Below are positions 47,758-57,421 of a DNA stretch of 64,000 bases, one piece after another. The position numbers and the translations under genes were made by a program. The stretch comes from a virus. The stretch covers positions 1-64,000 of the IMG/VR virus record IMGVR_UViG_3300031566_000001. One strand, given 5' to 3'. How positions within the stretch are numbered: position 1 is the stretch's first letter; every line of letters begins with the position of its first letter. Below the pieces are notes generated by a model, which had not been told where the DNA came from, made no database searches, and was given only the letters and a program-made list of their open reading frames with translations.

Positions 47758-49019
47758 TCTTTTCCAATCGTCACGAGGTGGAGACACACCTGGCTGAGCA
47801 GGCTGACGGCGGCGTGATTGTAGAGGTTGGGGTGGGCAAGGGTGACGGGTTGGTGGCCCTGCTCAACGGCACCCGTTACGGAAGGCTCTTGCCCGTGTAT
47901 GCCGTGGATCCCTACGCGCCATACGTGGACAAATTGGGTGGCACCTACGGCCCGGAGTGCAAGCAGGAAGCCGTCGATCAGGTGGTGGGTACGGGCCTGG
48001 GGCGTTTGGTGGCCTTCGTCGAAGAGGACGGCGTGCTGGTGGGCGAGAATTGGGACTTGCCTACGGCCCTGGTGTGGATTGACGTGTCTATGGAGTACGA
48101 CGGTCTCAAATGCGTCTGGGATGCCTGGGCGGACAAGGTTATGGAGGACGGGCACATCGCCATCGCGGGGCTGGGTTACAGTAGCTTGGGCACGGCGCGG
48201 GTGATGCAGGAGGCCGTGGACTCAGGGAACTTCGTGCGGGTACTGGAGGGGCAAGACCGGGTGGCCGTGCTGCGCAGGAATCCACGGCACAGGAGGGCCG
48301 CGTTCTACATCGTGGATGGTGAGCCGTATGCAGATGAGGCGGCCTATAGCGCGTCCAGCCTCAAGGAGCACATGCCCAGGGTGGAGACCTTCCTGTTCGC
48401 TGTGGGGGGCACGAAGGACAGGGATTGCATTGACCACGTAGTGACGTTGCCCCCTCGGGAGAGCGAACTGTGGTACCTGGACAGCACGCGGTACTTCAAT
48501 TGGGCTGTGGGGCAGCTTCATGAGTACAACCGGCTCTTGTACCTTGATACGGATACGTGGGTGTCCTGGGATTGCCTGGATATGTGGTGGCTCCTGGAGC
48601 AGTTCGACGTGTGCCTGGGTCATTCTGCGGGCCGGGAGGCCATGCCCAGTGCTATCGGAACGCCGCCTGCGTTCACCACGCTGTCCATCGGGGTGAGCCT
48701 CTTCTGCAACAACGCGAAGGTCCGGGCCACACTGGCGGACTGGCAGGCATTCTATGAGAAGTACGCGCATATCTACGGCGACAATGACGAGTCGCCCCTG
48801 CGGGACGTGCTGTGGCTCAACCGTCACGGGCTGAAAATGTATATCCTGCCCCCGGAGTACAATGCGCGTGTGGGCTTCGGGTGCTGGCTCTATGGGCGGG
48901 TCCGGGTAGTCCATGCCCGGCTGCCCCGGCTTCGGCATGTGGCGGAGGAGCTGAATGAGCACACGGTCATGCGCATGTGGCGTCCTGATGATGGGTTCCT
49001 GTGGTATCACCAGAAGTGA
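47754..49019 (+). CDS. methyltransferase fused to a C-terminal GT8-like glycosyltransferase
   Basis: VEVGVGKG, AVDPY; then YLDTDT, NDESPL, LPPEYN. Confidence 0.8.
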   Translation: MIFSNRHEVETHLAEQADGGVIVEVGVGKGDGLVALLNGTRYGRLLPVYAVDPYAPYVDKLGGTYGPECKQEAVDQVVGTGLGRLVAFVEEDGVLVGENWDLPTALVWIDVSMEYDGLKCVWDAWADKVMEDGHIAIAGLGYSSLGTARVMQEAVDSGNFVRVLEGQDRVAVLRRNPRHRRAAFYIVDGEPYADEAAYSASSLKEHMPRVETFLFAVGGTKDRDCIDHVVTLPPRESELWYLDSTRYFNWAVGQLHEYNRLLYLDTDTWVSWDCLDMWWLLEQFDVCLGHSAGREAMPSAIGTPPAFTTLSIGVSLFCNNAKVRATLADWQAFYEKYAHIYGDNDESPLRDVLWLNRHGLKMYILPPEYNARVGFGCWLYGRVRVVHARLPRLRHVAEELNEHTVMRMWRPDDGFLWYHQK

Positions 49020-49026
49020 GGGGGAC

Positions 49027-49770
49027 GTGAGCGACGGCTGCGGGCGGTTCATAGGGCCATATCCTTGCTGCACCATCATCACGGGTGACGCTAAGGAGCT
49101 TACTCCGGCGATACCGGATGAGAGCGTGGACTTGATAGTGACTGACCCGCCCTACTTCTTGCCAGTTCAGTCCTATGTTGGGGTGCGTGGTGAGGGCTAT
49201 ACGAGGAGGACGCTGGCTGACACGTCGATACTTTCTGGATTCTTTGGGGATCTATTTGCGGATTTGGGCCGTGTTCTAAAGCAGACGGGAAGCGCCTATG
49301 TCTTCTGTGATGGGCAGAGTTACCCGCTGTTCTATCCAGCCATGTTTCCGCACTTCAAGTATGTGCGGCCCCTGATATGGGACAAGATTGTTTCCTACAA
49401 CGGATACACGTGGCGACACCAGCATGAGTTGATTGCGTGGGGCGAAGGAGTGGGGGCGCAGAGGGTTCCCACGGGCGATGGGGACATTCTGAGATGTAGG
49501 GGGGTTCTCCAGAAAGACAGAAGGCATCCCGCAGAAAAGCCACTCGCTCTATTGCAGCAACTCATAGCCAAGCATGAACGGGGGCGGGTTGTATTGGACC
49601 CATTTGTTGGCTCAGGGACCACCCCCATAGCCGCATGGCTAGAGGGCGATCACTACCTCGCCTTCGAGATAGACCCCGACGTAGCAGAGCGGGCGAGGGA
49701 GCGGGTGAGGAACACCCAGCCACCCCTCTTCGTGATGCAGCCAGAGCAGACAATACTAGAACTGGAATGA
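49027..49770 (+). CDS. DNA N6-adenine/N4-cytosine methyltransferase (beta class)
   Basis: TDPPY, HPAEKP, LDPFVGSGTT. Confidence 0.9.
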   Translation: MSDGCGRFIGPYPCCTIITGDAKELTPAIPDESVDLIVTDPPYFLPVQSYVGVRGEGYTRRTLADTSILSGFFGDLFADLGRVLKQTGSAYVFCDGQSYPLFYPAMFPHFKYVRPLIWDKIVSYNGYTWRHQHELIAWGEGVGAQRVPTGDGDILRCRGVLQKDRRHPAEKPLALLQQLIAKHERGRVVLDPFVGSGTTPIAAWLEGDHYLAFEIDPDVAERARERVRNTQPPLFVMQPEQTILELE

Positions 49771-49780
49771 GGTGTAACCA

Positions 49781-50074
49781 ATGGATAGTAACGTACTCAC
49801 TCACAGCGCGGTGCTCCCAAGGCGCAACGTCAAGCGGCTGCGGCGTTGCCTGAACCCTCAATGCCTCTACGTGGCGGGCGGCGGCAAGATGCCTTTGAAG
49901 ATCACTCGCATTGGCGAGTATACCCGGCTTGGTTGCTCCAAGTGCGGGTCCGTAAGTGTGTTCAACCCGGTAGCGACGGTAAGGCCTGACAAGGCCAGGC
50001 ACATCTTCGTGGCTCGTGACCGTGGGGGCGTGGTGGAGCACATCTTCCCCAAGGCGAGGGTATTGGTACCGTGA
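49781..50074 (+). CDS. hypothetical Zn-ribbon protein
   Basis: CLNPQC...CSKC. Confidence 0.45.
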   Translation: MDSNVLTHSAVLPRRNVKRLRRCLNPQCLYVAGGGKMPLKITRIGEYTRLGCSKCGSVSVFNPVATVRPDKARHIFVARDRGGVVEHIFPKARVLVP

Positions 50075-50550
50075 GAAGGCGTTACTTCGAGTGGGACTAT
50101 GTCGCCAACAGGGTCATTGAGTGGGTGCGTGTGGGTACGTGCTGCCGGTGCGGTGCGTGTTGCCGGGGGTCCATCGGTTACAATTTCGAGAATGTTAAGA
50201 CGTACCATGCGAATAAGGCGGGCGGCTATTATACCACTGGCAGGGGTGTCTGGCAGGAGATCCGTGCGGGCCGGTATCGGCACTTTTTCCGGATGGAGTA
50301 CATGGCCGTGAAGGGGCGGGGGTGGTGTGGCAGTTTCGAGAATGGCCTTTGTGCTGAGTATGAGCATCGGTCCTGGATTTGCCGGGAGTGGCCCTTCTCG
50401 CCCCGGTGCATTGCGCCGTTTGCGGAGTGCACCTATGGGTTCCGTGAGGTAGACCGCTGGCCGTTCGTGGTGGATGTCCCCAAGGATCCGGCAAAAGAGG
50501 GGAAGGATGCTGGCGGTTTTGTTCATGTGCCGCGGAGAGGGGTCCCGTGA
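50071..50550 (+). CDS. YkgJ-family CxxCxxCC Fe-S/Zn cluster protein
   Basis: CCRCGACC...C...C.EYEHR..IC.EWP. Confidence 0.75.
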   Translation: MRRRYFEWDYVANRVIEWVRVGTCCRCGACCRGSIGYNFENVKTYHANKAGGYYTTGRGVWQEIRAGRYRHFFRMEYMAVKGRGWCGSFENGLCAEYEHRSWICREWPFSPRCIAPFAECTYGFREVDRWPFVVDVPKDPAKEGKDAGGFVHVPRRGVP

Positions 50551-51215
50551 TCACTAAGCGCCTGGTTTACATCCACGTCTTCCGGACCGGCGGGTACATG
50601 GTGCAGGGGGTCTTGCGAAAGGTCCCTGGCCTGGTGATGGTCTCTGACAGGCCCACGGAGCACCTCACCTATGCACAGATGACCACGGTATGCGCTCAGC
50701 AGCGCATGTCGAGGCCACTGGCTGCTGTGTTCGTTCGCAACCCGTTTGACTGGTACGTGTCGATGTGGTGCTGGGTCAATACGGCCCCGAATGTGCCTTC
50801 CTTCCCTAGCTTCCGGGCATACCTGGGGGCGATTGATGAGAGGCGCTTTGGCATCACGGGAACGGGGCGCAACTACAGCAGATTCACCGACCATTGGAAG
50901 GACATGGGTGCTGACTCAGCAAAGTGGACGGGACGTTTCGAGCGCCTGCAGGAGGACTTCGTGGCCATCATGCTGGAGGCCATGCCTGAACTGGTGAACG
51001 AGAAGATGCTGAGGCGCCTTATAGTCAAGGAACCCATCCATCACCCCAGCAGGCATCCCCAGACCGGCAAGCACCCAGGGGCCTATCAGCAGTACTACGA
51101 TGCGGAGACGAGGGCGCTGGTAGAGGGGTGGGACGGCGCGCTGTTGGAGCGCTTCGGCTACAATTTCGAGGGGGAGGAGGCGGATGATGAAGATTTATCC
51201 CATACCGGTGCCTGA
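50547..51215 (+). CDS. sulfotransferase (Sulfotransfer_2-like)
   Basis: YIHVFRTGG, VRNPFDWYVSMW, GRFERL, YQQYYD, FGYNF. Confidence 0.85.
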   Translation: MITKRLVYIHVFRTGGYMVQGVLRKVPGLVMVSDRPTEHLTYAQMTTVCAQQRMSRPLAAVFVRNPFDWYVSMWCWVNTAPNVPSFPSFRAYLGAIDERRFGITGTGRNYSRFTDHWKDMGADSAKWTGRFERLQEDFVAIMLEAMPELVNEKMLRRLIVKEPIHHPSRHPQTGKHPGAYQQYYDAETRALVEGWDGALLERFGYNFEGEEADDEDLSHTGA

Positions 51216-52083
51216 CGAGTTCCGGCCTGCCAGTCAGGGCTATGCCATGCCGCCACACTGCCCGGTGGAGGGTTACGGCGTGGAGCAGGACTTCGACCTG
51301 TGGCTCCGGCAGCGCCCTACCATTCTGGCCCCAAGTATTGAGGAAGCTGATTGGTACTACCTACCGGTGTACTGGAATCGTCTTTTTATCGCTACCTGGA
51401 AGTGGGCTCAGGATGAGGCCGCTATTGAGCGGTGCACCCGGTATATCGAGGACCTCCGGGGGGCCTTGGACTTCTCGCGGGTGTTCACCGTCTGCGAGTG
51501 GGACCTGACCACGGAACGGCAGGAGATCGGGATTGGGGAGATGACCGTGCTCACGGCAGGGCGGCGGGACCACACGGGCATCGATGTCCCTTTGCTCTGC
51601 GCGCCCCATGGTGTCCCTCCCATGCAATATGCCAAGCGGCACCTGGCGTCGTTCGTGGGCAACGTCGGAACCTCCGGCTGGCGTCAGGCCATGCAGGAGG
51701 CCCTAGAGGTCTATGACGGGTGCCTGATTGAGCACGCGCAGAACGGTTCCGCCTACTTCCGGGACGTGATGACTGAGAGCTACGTAGCCCTGGCCCCCAG
51801 GGGGCACCGGGGTCAATCGTTCAGGTTCTACGAGGCCATGGACATGGGCGTGGCCCCGGTGCTGATCGGCGACATGGACACGCGGCCCTTCAAGAACTGG
51901 ATTGATTGGGACTCATGCTCGTACTACGTGCCTGACGCCTCGGAGTTGCCGGGGTTCCTAGACGGCCTTGATTTGGAGGACGCGCTTCGTCGCGGTGTAC
52001 GGGCGGCGCAGGTGTATCATGAGGAGCTGCGGTTTGGAAGGTGGTGCCGGTTCGTTGTGCCGGAGCTTTTGAGCGTGCCGTGA
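51184..52083 (+). CDS. exostosin-like GT47 glycosyltransferase
   Basis: EADWYYLPVY, ASFVG, LAPRG..GQSFRFYEAM..G.APV. Confidence 0.8.
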   Translation: MMKIYPIPVPDEFRPASQGYAMPPHCPVEGYGVEQDFDLWLRQRPTILAPSIEEADWYYLPVYWNRLFIATWKWAQDEAAIERCTRYIEDLRGALDFSRVFTVCEWDLTTERQEIGIGEMTVLTAGRRDHTGIDVPLLCAPHGVPPMQYAKRHLASFVGNVGTSGWRQAMQEALEVYDGCLIEHAQNGSAYFRDVMTESYVALAPRGHRGQSFRFYEAMDMGVAPVLIGDMDTRPFKNWIDWDSCSYYVPDASELPGFLDGLDLEDALRRGVRAAQVYHEELRFGRWCRFVVPELLSVP

Positions 52084-52089
52084 ACTCCT

Positions 52090-52153
52090 GCCGCCTTGCC
52101 AGGGGCGGCGCGTTTCCTCCTTTCTTTGGGGGGCAGGGCCGGGCCTGCCCCCC
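52090..52153 (+). terminator. tandem GC hairpins ending the late/glycan operon
   Basis: GCCGCC..GGCGGC followed by a pyrimidine tract; GGGGGGCAGG/CCTGCCCCCC. Confidence 0.6.
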
Positions 52154-52376
52154 GCTTCATTACTGGTGATTCCCGGCGATAAGGATTCTGGCCTGTTTCT
52201 CCCTCTGGACTTGCATGTAAACGACGCTATTCTGTTTTGTTTGCGACCTTGCTTTTGGGCGTCATTAGCGGCGCCCTGGCGGGCGCTGGCGGTTTTTGTG
52301 GCAGAATAGGTCTCTTGGTATCCTCGAAACGGCAGAACGACGCACAGTGAATCATGTTATAATAGCAAACTGGTAC

Positions 52377-52405
52377 TTGACAAAAAACAAACAACCTGTT
52401 ATAAT
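52377..52405 (+). promoter_or_regulatory. consensus sigma70 promoter (early region)
   Basis: TTGACA-17 nt-TATAAT, perfect consensus. Confidence 0.9.
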
Positions 52406-52436
52406 ATAAGTAGAATGAAGAAGCAGGAGGGGGCAA

Positions 52437-52930
52437 TGGGGAGCGAGATCAAGGACCTGAGGGTTTGGAAGAGAAACGGCGGCAAAGAAGTCAGATATTA
52501 TGTCCACACGGTCGATGGCCGCGAAGGTTGCCACTACGTGACCGGCAATCACTGGAATGAGGCGGGGAGTTACAGCGGCGATATGACCGAGGCGGAGTGG
52601 GCAGAAGCTCTTGAGATCGCAACCTGGGACGGTACAGTTCACACGGTTTACGAAGACCGGGTGAACCAGGCCAAAGCCAATGCAGATGTCGGGGAACCGG
52701 TGAAGCGGGAATCGCAGTCGCGCAAGAACGCCTACGCGGGGGTTTGCATCTACTGTGGTCGATCAGTTCCGGCGCGGTCAGGCGAATTGCTCTACATCGG
52801 CGAGGGCGACGAATACGCATTTCAGAATGCCCGGTTCGGTGGTTTTGGCTGGCAAGTCAAGTGTGCCGGTGGTTGTCTCTCGGTAGCGTCGGGAGCAGCG
52901 ACGGGCAGCGAAGAATCAATCACAGCATAG
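52437..52930 (+). CDS. hypothetical early protein
   Basis: First ORF after the strong promoter; CIYC motif. Confidence 0.55.
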
Positions 52931-52949
52931 CAATGAGGAGGAGAGGACA

Positions 52950-53159
52950 ATGGCACAGAGAGTCTATCGCAATCCCGATGCAGTTCTCAGGGCCGCGCAA
53001 CGCAAGCTAGGGGGCAGGCTGGCAACTGACACCGGCTCGCCAGTTCTGCATCTCTCGCAGCGCAGCTCAGTCCACGGCGCAGTTGTAGACACATATCTAT
53101 CGCCTAGCCAGGCGGCTGAGTGCGCTGGACTGGACTACCTGCCACATGACCAAGCATAG
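52950..53159 (+). CDS. hypothetical protein
   Basis: Strong SD GAGGAGGAGAGG. Confidence 0.5.
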   Translation: MAQRVYRNPDAVLRAAQRKLGGRLATDTGSPVLHLSQRSSVHGAVVDTYLSPSQAAECAGLDYLPHDQA

Positions 53160-53403
53160 CCACGGCGGAACCTATACATAGAGAGGAGAAGATACAATGA
53201 CACACCCTTGGGAAGATGTGGGGGGAACGCTCTGCCCTGAGTGCGGAGAGCCAACGGGTACTGTGATGCGTTCGGCTAGGGAGGAGAGGCCGAGTGGCCC
53301 GCTTGGGTTGCTTATCATGATGAGAAGTACCTGGTCGATGCTGTTCGCGAGAAGGTCGAGAGGGCCGCATGGGCAGTAGCCGATGCCAAGATGGAGGGAA
53401 ACG

Positions 53404-53616
53404 ATGGCTAACGTGTCGCAGGAAGAGTTCGACAGGGTCCTGGCGGAGGTGGAGCGCAAGACCTGCTTCCGGTTCACGGCGGGTACGCGGAACCCCACGT
53501 CAACTGCGTTCATGGTGCCAGTCGCGTCCGACGGCAAAACTCCCATGGGCAGCGCCACAGAGTTTTCCTGGAAGCAGTTGGTGGGTATGTCCAAACTTCC
53601 CGAGAGACCCAAGTAG
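53404..53616 (+). CDS. hypothetical protein
   Basis: SD GGAGGG before ATG; stop codon abuts the hammerhead. Confidence 0.5.
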   Translation: MANVSQEEFDRVLAEVERKTCFRFTAGTRNPTSTAFMVPVASDGKTPMGSATEFSWKQLVGMSKLPERPK

Positions 53617-53685
53617 CCGATAACCGGGGGCAACCCCGGTCACCCGCGATGCCGCCGTGCGGGTCCGATGAGGCAGAGGGCGGCA
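53616..53685 (+). ncRNA. type II hammerhead ribozyme, variant core
   Basis: Stem II GCC/GGC; GAUAA; stem III ACCGGGG-GCAA-CCCCGGU; GUC site; stem I ACCCGC/GCGGGU; CCGAUGA; loop I UGCCGCC pairs with GGCGGCA at 53679-53685. Confidence 0.75.
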
Positions 53686-53708
53686 ACGGAGGACAGAGGA
53701 GGCTACCA

Positions 53709-54362
53709 ATGACTGCACTGACTCTCGATGAACAAAGTCTCAAGACATGGCAGCGGCTGCGCCCCACGCACAAGCAGATACTGAGCCTGGGCACCAACCC
53801 CAAGCAGTTCATGCACGTGCAGATGGGCCAACTGGAGGCCTGGGGCAATGGCTTTATGCTACTGGTGGGGAACTCGCCGGATGTGCCGTGCGTGGACGAG
53901 AGAGAACGCACGGACTGGACCAACAAGCAGCATCTCCTGAAGCCGGGTTCTTGCCCTATGGATCCGCTGCTCTACGTGGAGGCCGACGGCTACAGCACGC
54001 GGGATAGGTCCCTGCTCATCATGGCTATGCTGTCGCCCACGGATGGGGCCGTGCTGGAGCACCTGACCGTCAATGCCCGCATGGCGCTCTTCATAGAACG
54101 CGAGTACAGAGCACGGTTCCCCGAGGACTGGATACTTGGCTGGCGGGGTAACTTATCGGCGGAGGCGCACATGCACGGCTGCGCCAAGGTACACCCGAGG
54201 CCGCTGACGTACTGCGTGCGGGGTCCGGCGGAGGATGGCTGGATTGGGGCAGGGGTGCTCATGCCCAGGACGGCGGGCTTTGTGAGGGCTAGGGACGGCT
54301 CCCAGGCGGTGCGGTATGATAGTGGGACTAGGATGTATCATCGTGAGGCACCTGGCGTATAG
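53709..54362 (+). CDS. hypothetical protein
   Basis: SD GAGGAGG. Confidence 0.55.
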   Translation: MTALTLDEQSLKTWQRLRPTHKQILSLGTNPKQFMHVQMGQLEAWGNGFMLLVGNSPDVPCVDERERTDWTNKQHLLKPGSCPMDPLLYVEADGYSTRDRSLLIMAMLSPTDGAVLEHLTVNARMALFIEREYRARFPEDWILGWRGNLSAEAHMHGCAKVHPRPLTYCVRGPAEDGWIGAGVLMPRTAGFVRARDGSQAVRYDSGTRMYHREAPGV

Positions 54363-54399
54363 GAAGGCTTTGAGATTATGAGAGAGGGAGGATGGTGAT

Positions 54400-54657
54400 A
54401 TGACCCGCATGATAGAACCGTATAATGCGAGATCTCTGGAACCTGGCGATGTGATGGTGCGCACAGTGGCAGTGCATGTACTTCCGGGGCGTCAGGATGG
54501 TGAGCTGCTATATCGTGTGTACGTTTGCGCGTGGTCTGACCCGCCCCTGAGTGATGGGGTGCCGCAGGGTACGCGCATCTATGATGAGGGGGGCAAGGTA
54601 GCACAACAGCTATGCCCGATCATCGGCTACGTCGGGGCCAAACCTGACCTGGGCTGA
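54400..54657 (+). CDS. hypothetical protein
   Basis: SD GGAGG. Confidence 0.5.
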   Translation: MTRMIEPYNARSLEPGDVMVRTVAVHVLPGRQDGELLYRVYVCAWSDPPLSDGVPQGTRIYDEGGKVAQQLCPIIGYVGAKPDLG

Positions 54658-54658
54658 T

Positions 54659-54703
54659 GTTTTGCTGGCAAAGGAAACTGTGGGCTGCGCTTTTGCGCAA
54701 AAG
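54659..54703. promoter_or_regulatory. paired palindromic operator
   Basis: TTTTGCTGGCAAAG and CTTTTGCGCAAAAG (54690-54703). Confidence 0.6.
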
Positions 54704-54712
54704 GAGGGAGAG

Positions 54713-55075
54713 ATGGACTGCTTTCTGGAATCACTAAGTGTGGCAATGAGCTGTGGGGTGGTTCTCGGTCTTTTGCTACTAGCGGCTGTACTCGGGTTTG
54801 GCATAGCGGGTGAGCTGGGCCTCATTGCCCCAATAGGAAATGAGAAGCCAAACCGGCGCTGGCTTGAGAGGCAACGGGGTTATAACCTGCCCAACATGCC
54901 CAACAGGACCCCGGCACAGATAATCCGGTTCCTTTGTCATGAGTATGCCGCGTGCCGCAAAAACGAGAGGTACTTCAAGGCGAAGGGTTATTCTGCAGAG
55001 GCTCATCAGTATCGCATGTGGGCAGGCTATCTCAGGATAGCGATTGTAGATCTCAAGAGAGGCCGCACGAAATAG
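54713..55075 (+). CDS. hypothetical membrane-anchored protein
   Basis: N-terminal TM GVVLGLLLLAAVLGFGIA. Confidence 0.5.
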   Translation: MDCFLESLSVAMSCGVVLGLLLLAAVLGFGIAGELGLIAPIGNEKPNRRWLERQRGYNLPNMPNRTPAQIIRFLCHEYAACRKNERYFKAKGYSAEAHQYRMWAGYLRIAIVDLKRGRTK

Positions 55076-55297
55076 GGAGATGGGCGATGCCAGATAAGTT
55101 TCGGGGCCAGTATCCGACGGTGCCCTGTGTGGAACAGCGCCTTGAGGAGTACCTGGATAAAGAGGACCGCTGCGTCCTGGAGGACGACTACTGGTGGGAG
55201 ATGCAGGACGCGGCGGCTGACAGCGGGGTGGACGTGATGATCCTGGTGGAGGAGATACCGTTTGAGAAGTGGCTGCGGGCCAGGAGGGAGGGGCGTG

Positions 55298-55807
55298 GTG
55301 ACCGCGAAAGCTAGTCGTGTCAAGAGGGCGCGGGCCATGGTGGACCTGGGTGCGGTGTCGGTCCTGCGGAAGAAGAAAGGGAACCGGCAACGGGCCTGGC
55401 GTATGCCCAGCGCCTCCGTGATGGGTAGCTGGTACGAGGTCTTTGCCAAGTTCGTGGCGGACAATGGCATAGTCCGGGCGTGGTTCTTCTGCAACCATAT
55501 TCACCCGTGGGGTGACTGCGAACCTGATTCTAGCCCTACGCTCCCTACAGAGTTGGGCGGAAACTACGCATCTATGGAGAAGTGCGACGGCAACCGCAAC
55601 ACGGTCTGCTATCACTGCCTGGCGGCCATGGTCAAACTGGCCAAAGGCCGCCGGATGACCGTGCAGTTTGTGGACAGCCGCCGGAAGGCTCAGGCGCTTG
55701 CGCGGCTGGGGACGGTGGTGGAGATGTGTGGGGAGGGGCAGGTGAAGCCGAAGGTGTGGGCTGTGATGCGCAAGCGAGGAAGGAAGAGGAGGAAGTGCAG
55801 TGGCTAA
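55298..55807 (+). CDS. SWIM-like zinc-finger protein
   Basis: FFC...C.G....CYHCLAA. Confidence 0.5.
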   Translation: MTAKASRVKRARAMVDLGAVSVLRKKKGNRQRAWRMPSASVMGSWYEVFAKFVADNGIVRAWFFCNHIHPWGDCEPDSSPTLPTELGGNYASMEKCDGNRNTVCYHCLAAMVKLAKGRRMTVQFVDSRRKAQALARLGTVVEMCGEGQVKPKVWAVMRKRGRKRRKCSG

Positions 55808-56201
55808 ACCGCGGTTCCGGCGCGGGTTCAAGCAGCACCGCCTCCGTGCTCGGTACGTATGTCCCAAGTGCAGGCGCGTGGCTTACTACCCGTGCTACCT
55901 AGACGGGCCGGGGGAGCGGATTCGTGGGCGTCCCAAGGAAGACTACTGCACCTGCGGGGCGCTCACCGAGTATTGGGGATTCACGAGCCGCTACAAGGGC
56001 ACGGTGCCCTACGCCTGGGGTGGGCGGTGGATGCGGGATTGTAAGGACTGTAAGAAGTCTACGGAGCATGCCCGCATGGACGAAGGGGGCAAGTTGTGCC
56101 GCTGTATGGAGTGTGGCCAGCAGCGGCATCTCGACGATGAAGAGGAGAAGCGTCGGGAGGAGTCCCAGAATTGGACCGCAACAGACATTTGGGGAGAGTG
56201 A
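55800..56201 (+). CDS. multi Zn-ribbon protein
   Basis: CPKC, CTCG, CKDC, CMEC. Confidence 0.5.
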   Translation: MAKPRFRRGFKQHRLRARYVCPKCRRVAYYPCYLDGPGERIRGRPKEDYCTCGALTEYWGFTSRYKGTVPYAWGGRWMRDCKDCKKSTEHARMDEGGKLCRCMECGQQRHLDDEEEKRREESQNWTATDIWGE

Positions 56202-56207
56202 GGAAAC

Positions 56208-57407
56208 GTGATGAAAGAGTACTCAATCTGGCAAGAGCAGACCTTAGCTGTAATGACGGCTATGCAGGCCAACGTGCCTGCGCTCATCTTAGGGGTGCCC
56301 GGCATCGCCAAGACGGCGTTCCTGAAAGCGGCTACGAAGGCCCTGGGATGGGATTTGTACGTGTTTATGGGCAGTATCCGGCAGCCCTCGGACATCATTG
56401 GCTACCTGGCCCCGGACTTGGAGCGCCGGGTGACTTTGGAGCTGCCCCTGGAGTGGGCGCGTAGCATCAGCGACCGCGCCACCGAGGGTCATGTGACTGT
56501 GGTGTTTCTTGAGGAGCTGACTACGGTGTTCCCTGCGATGCAGGCGGCACAACTCCGGTTCGTGCATGAGCGGTGCGTAGGCGATTGCTACCTTGGTGAT
56601 AGCACCCGCATTGTGGCGGCTGCGAACCCGCCGGAGATGGCCCCTGGGGGATTTCAACTGTCACCGCCTATGGCTAACCGGTTGCTGCATCTGGGGTGGC
56701 AGGAGGACGCGGCGCATTGGGCCGACAATATGCTGCTAGACTTCCCGGCCCCGGTGCTGCCTACGTTTGATGCGGCCAAGGCGGCGGAGTCCCGTGAGCG
56801 GTGGAAGGGGTTGATTTACGCCTACATCATGGGATACCGTCGGCAGCACTTGGTGGTCATGCCTGTGGATCGGGAGGGCCGTGTGGATGAGGAGAAGGCG
56901 TCTGGGCCGTGGGCCAGTGAGCGGTCCTGGTATGAGTACCTGCTGCCCTGTTTGTCCTGGCTGGATGCTGTGCGGGGCATCTCTAAGCAACTCTATGAGA
57001 GCGTGCGGGAGCGGTTGGCGGTGGGGTCTATTGGTGCAGTGGGTGCGGAGTTCCTTCTGTGGTCCGATAACCTGGACCTCACCTCGGCGGAGGACATGCT
57101 CAAGCAGGGGTCCAAGTACGTGGTGCCGGACCGCCAGGACAGGGCCTATGCGGAGCTGGCGAACCTGGCGATTTACGTGTCCGGCAAGAAGATCACGCCG
57201 AAGATTTGGGTAGCGGCCTGGAATGTATTTGCGGCTGCGGCGGACCAGGGCAAGACGGGCACGGCTGCGGCTGCGGCGCGGTCCCTAGCGTCCAAGGCCA
57301 GGGCTGACCTACCCCCGGTTTACGAACAGATAGCGCGGTTTCAACCTTTGCTGGAGCGTGCGAAGATGATACCGAAACTGGATGATGACGCGGCGATGGA
57401 ACTGTGA
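56208..57407 (+). CDS. MoxR-like AAA+ ATPase
   Basis: GVPGIAKT Walker A, VFLEEL Walker B, AAANP sensor, PMANRL Arg finger. Confidence 0.85.
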   Translation: MMKEYSIWQEQTLAVMTAMQANVPALILGVPGIAKTAFLKAATKALGWDLYVFMGSIRQPSDIIGYLAPDLERRVTLELPLEWARSISDRATEGHVTVVFLEELTTVFPAMQAAQLRFVHERCVGDCYLGDSTRIVAAANPPEMAPGGFQLSPPMANRLLHLGWQEDAAHWADNMLLDFPAPVLPTFDAAKAAESRERWKGLIYAYIMGYRRQHLVVMPVDREGRVDEEKASGPWASERSWYEYLLPCLSWLDAVRGISKQLYESVRERLAVGSIGAVGAEFLLWSDNLDLTSAEDMLKQGSKYVVPDRQDRAYAELANLAIYVSGKKITPKIWVAAWNVFAAAADQGKTGTAAAAARSLASKARADLPPVYEQIARFQPLLERAKMIPKLDDDAAMEL

Positions 57408-57421
57408 GGAGGTAGGAGAAG

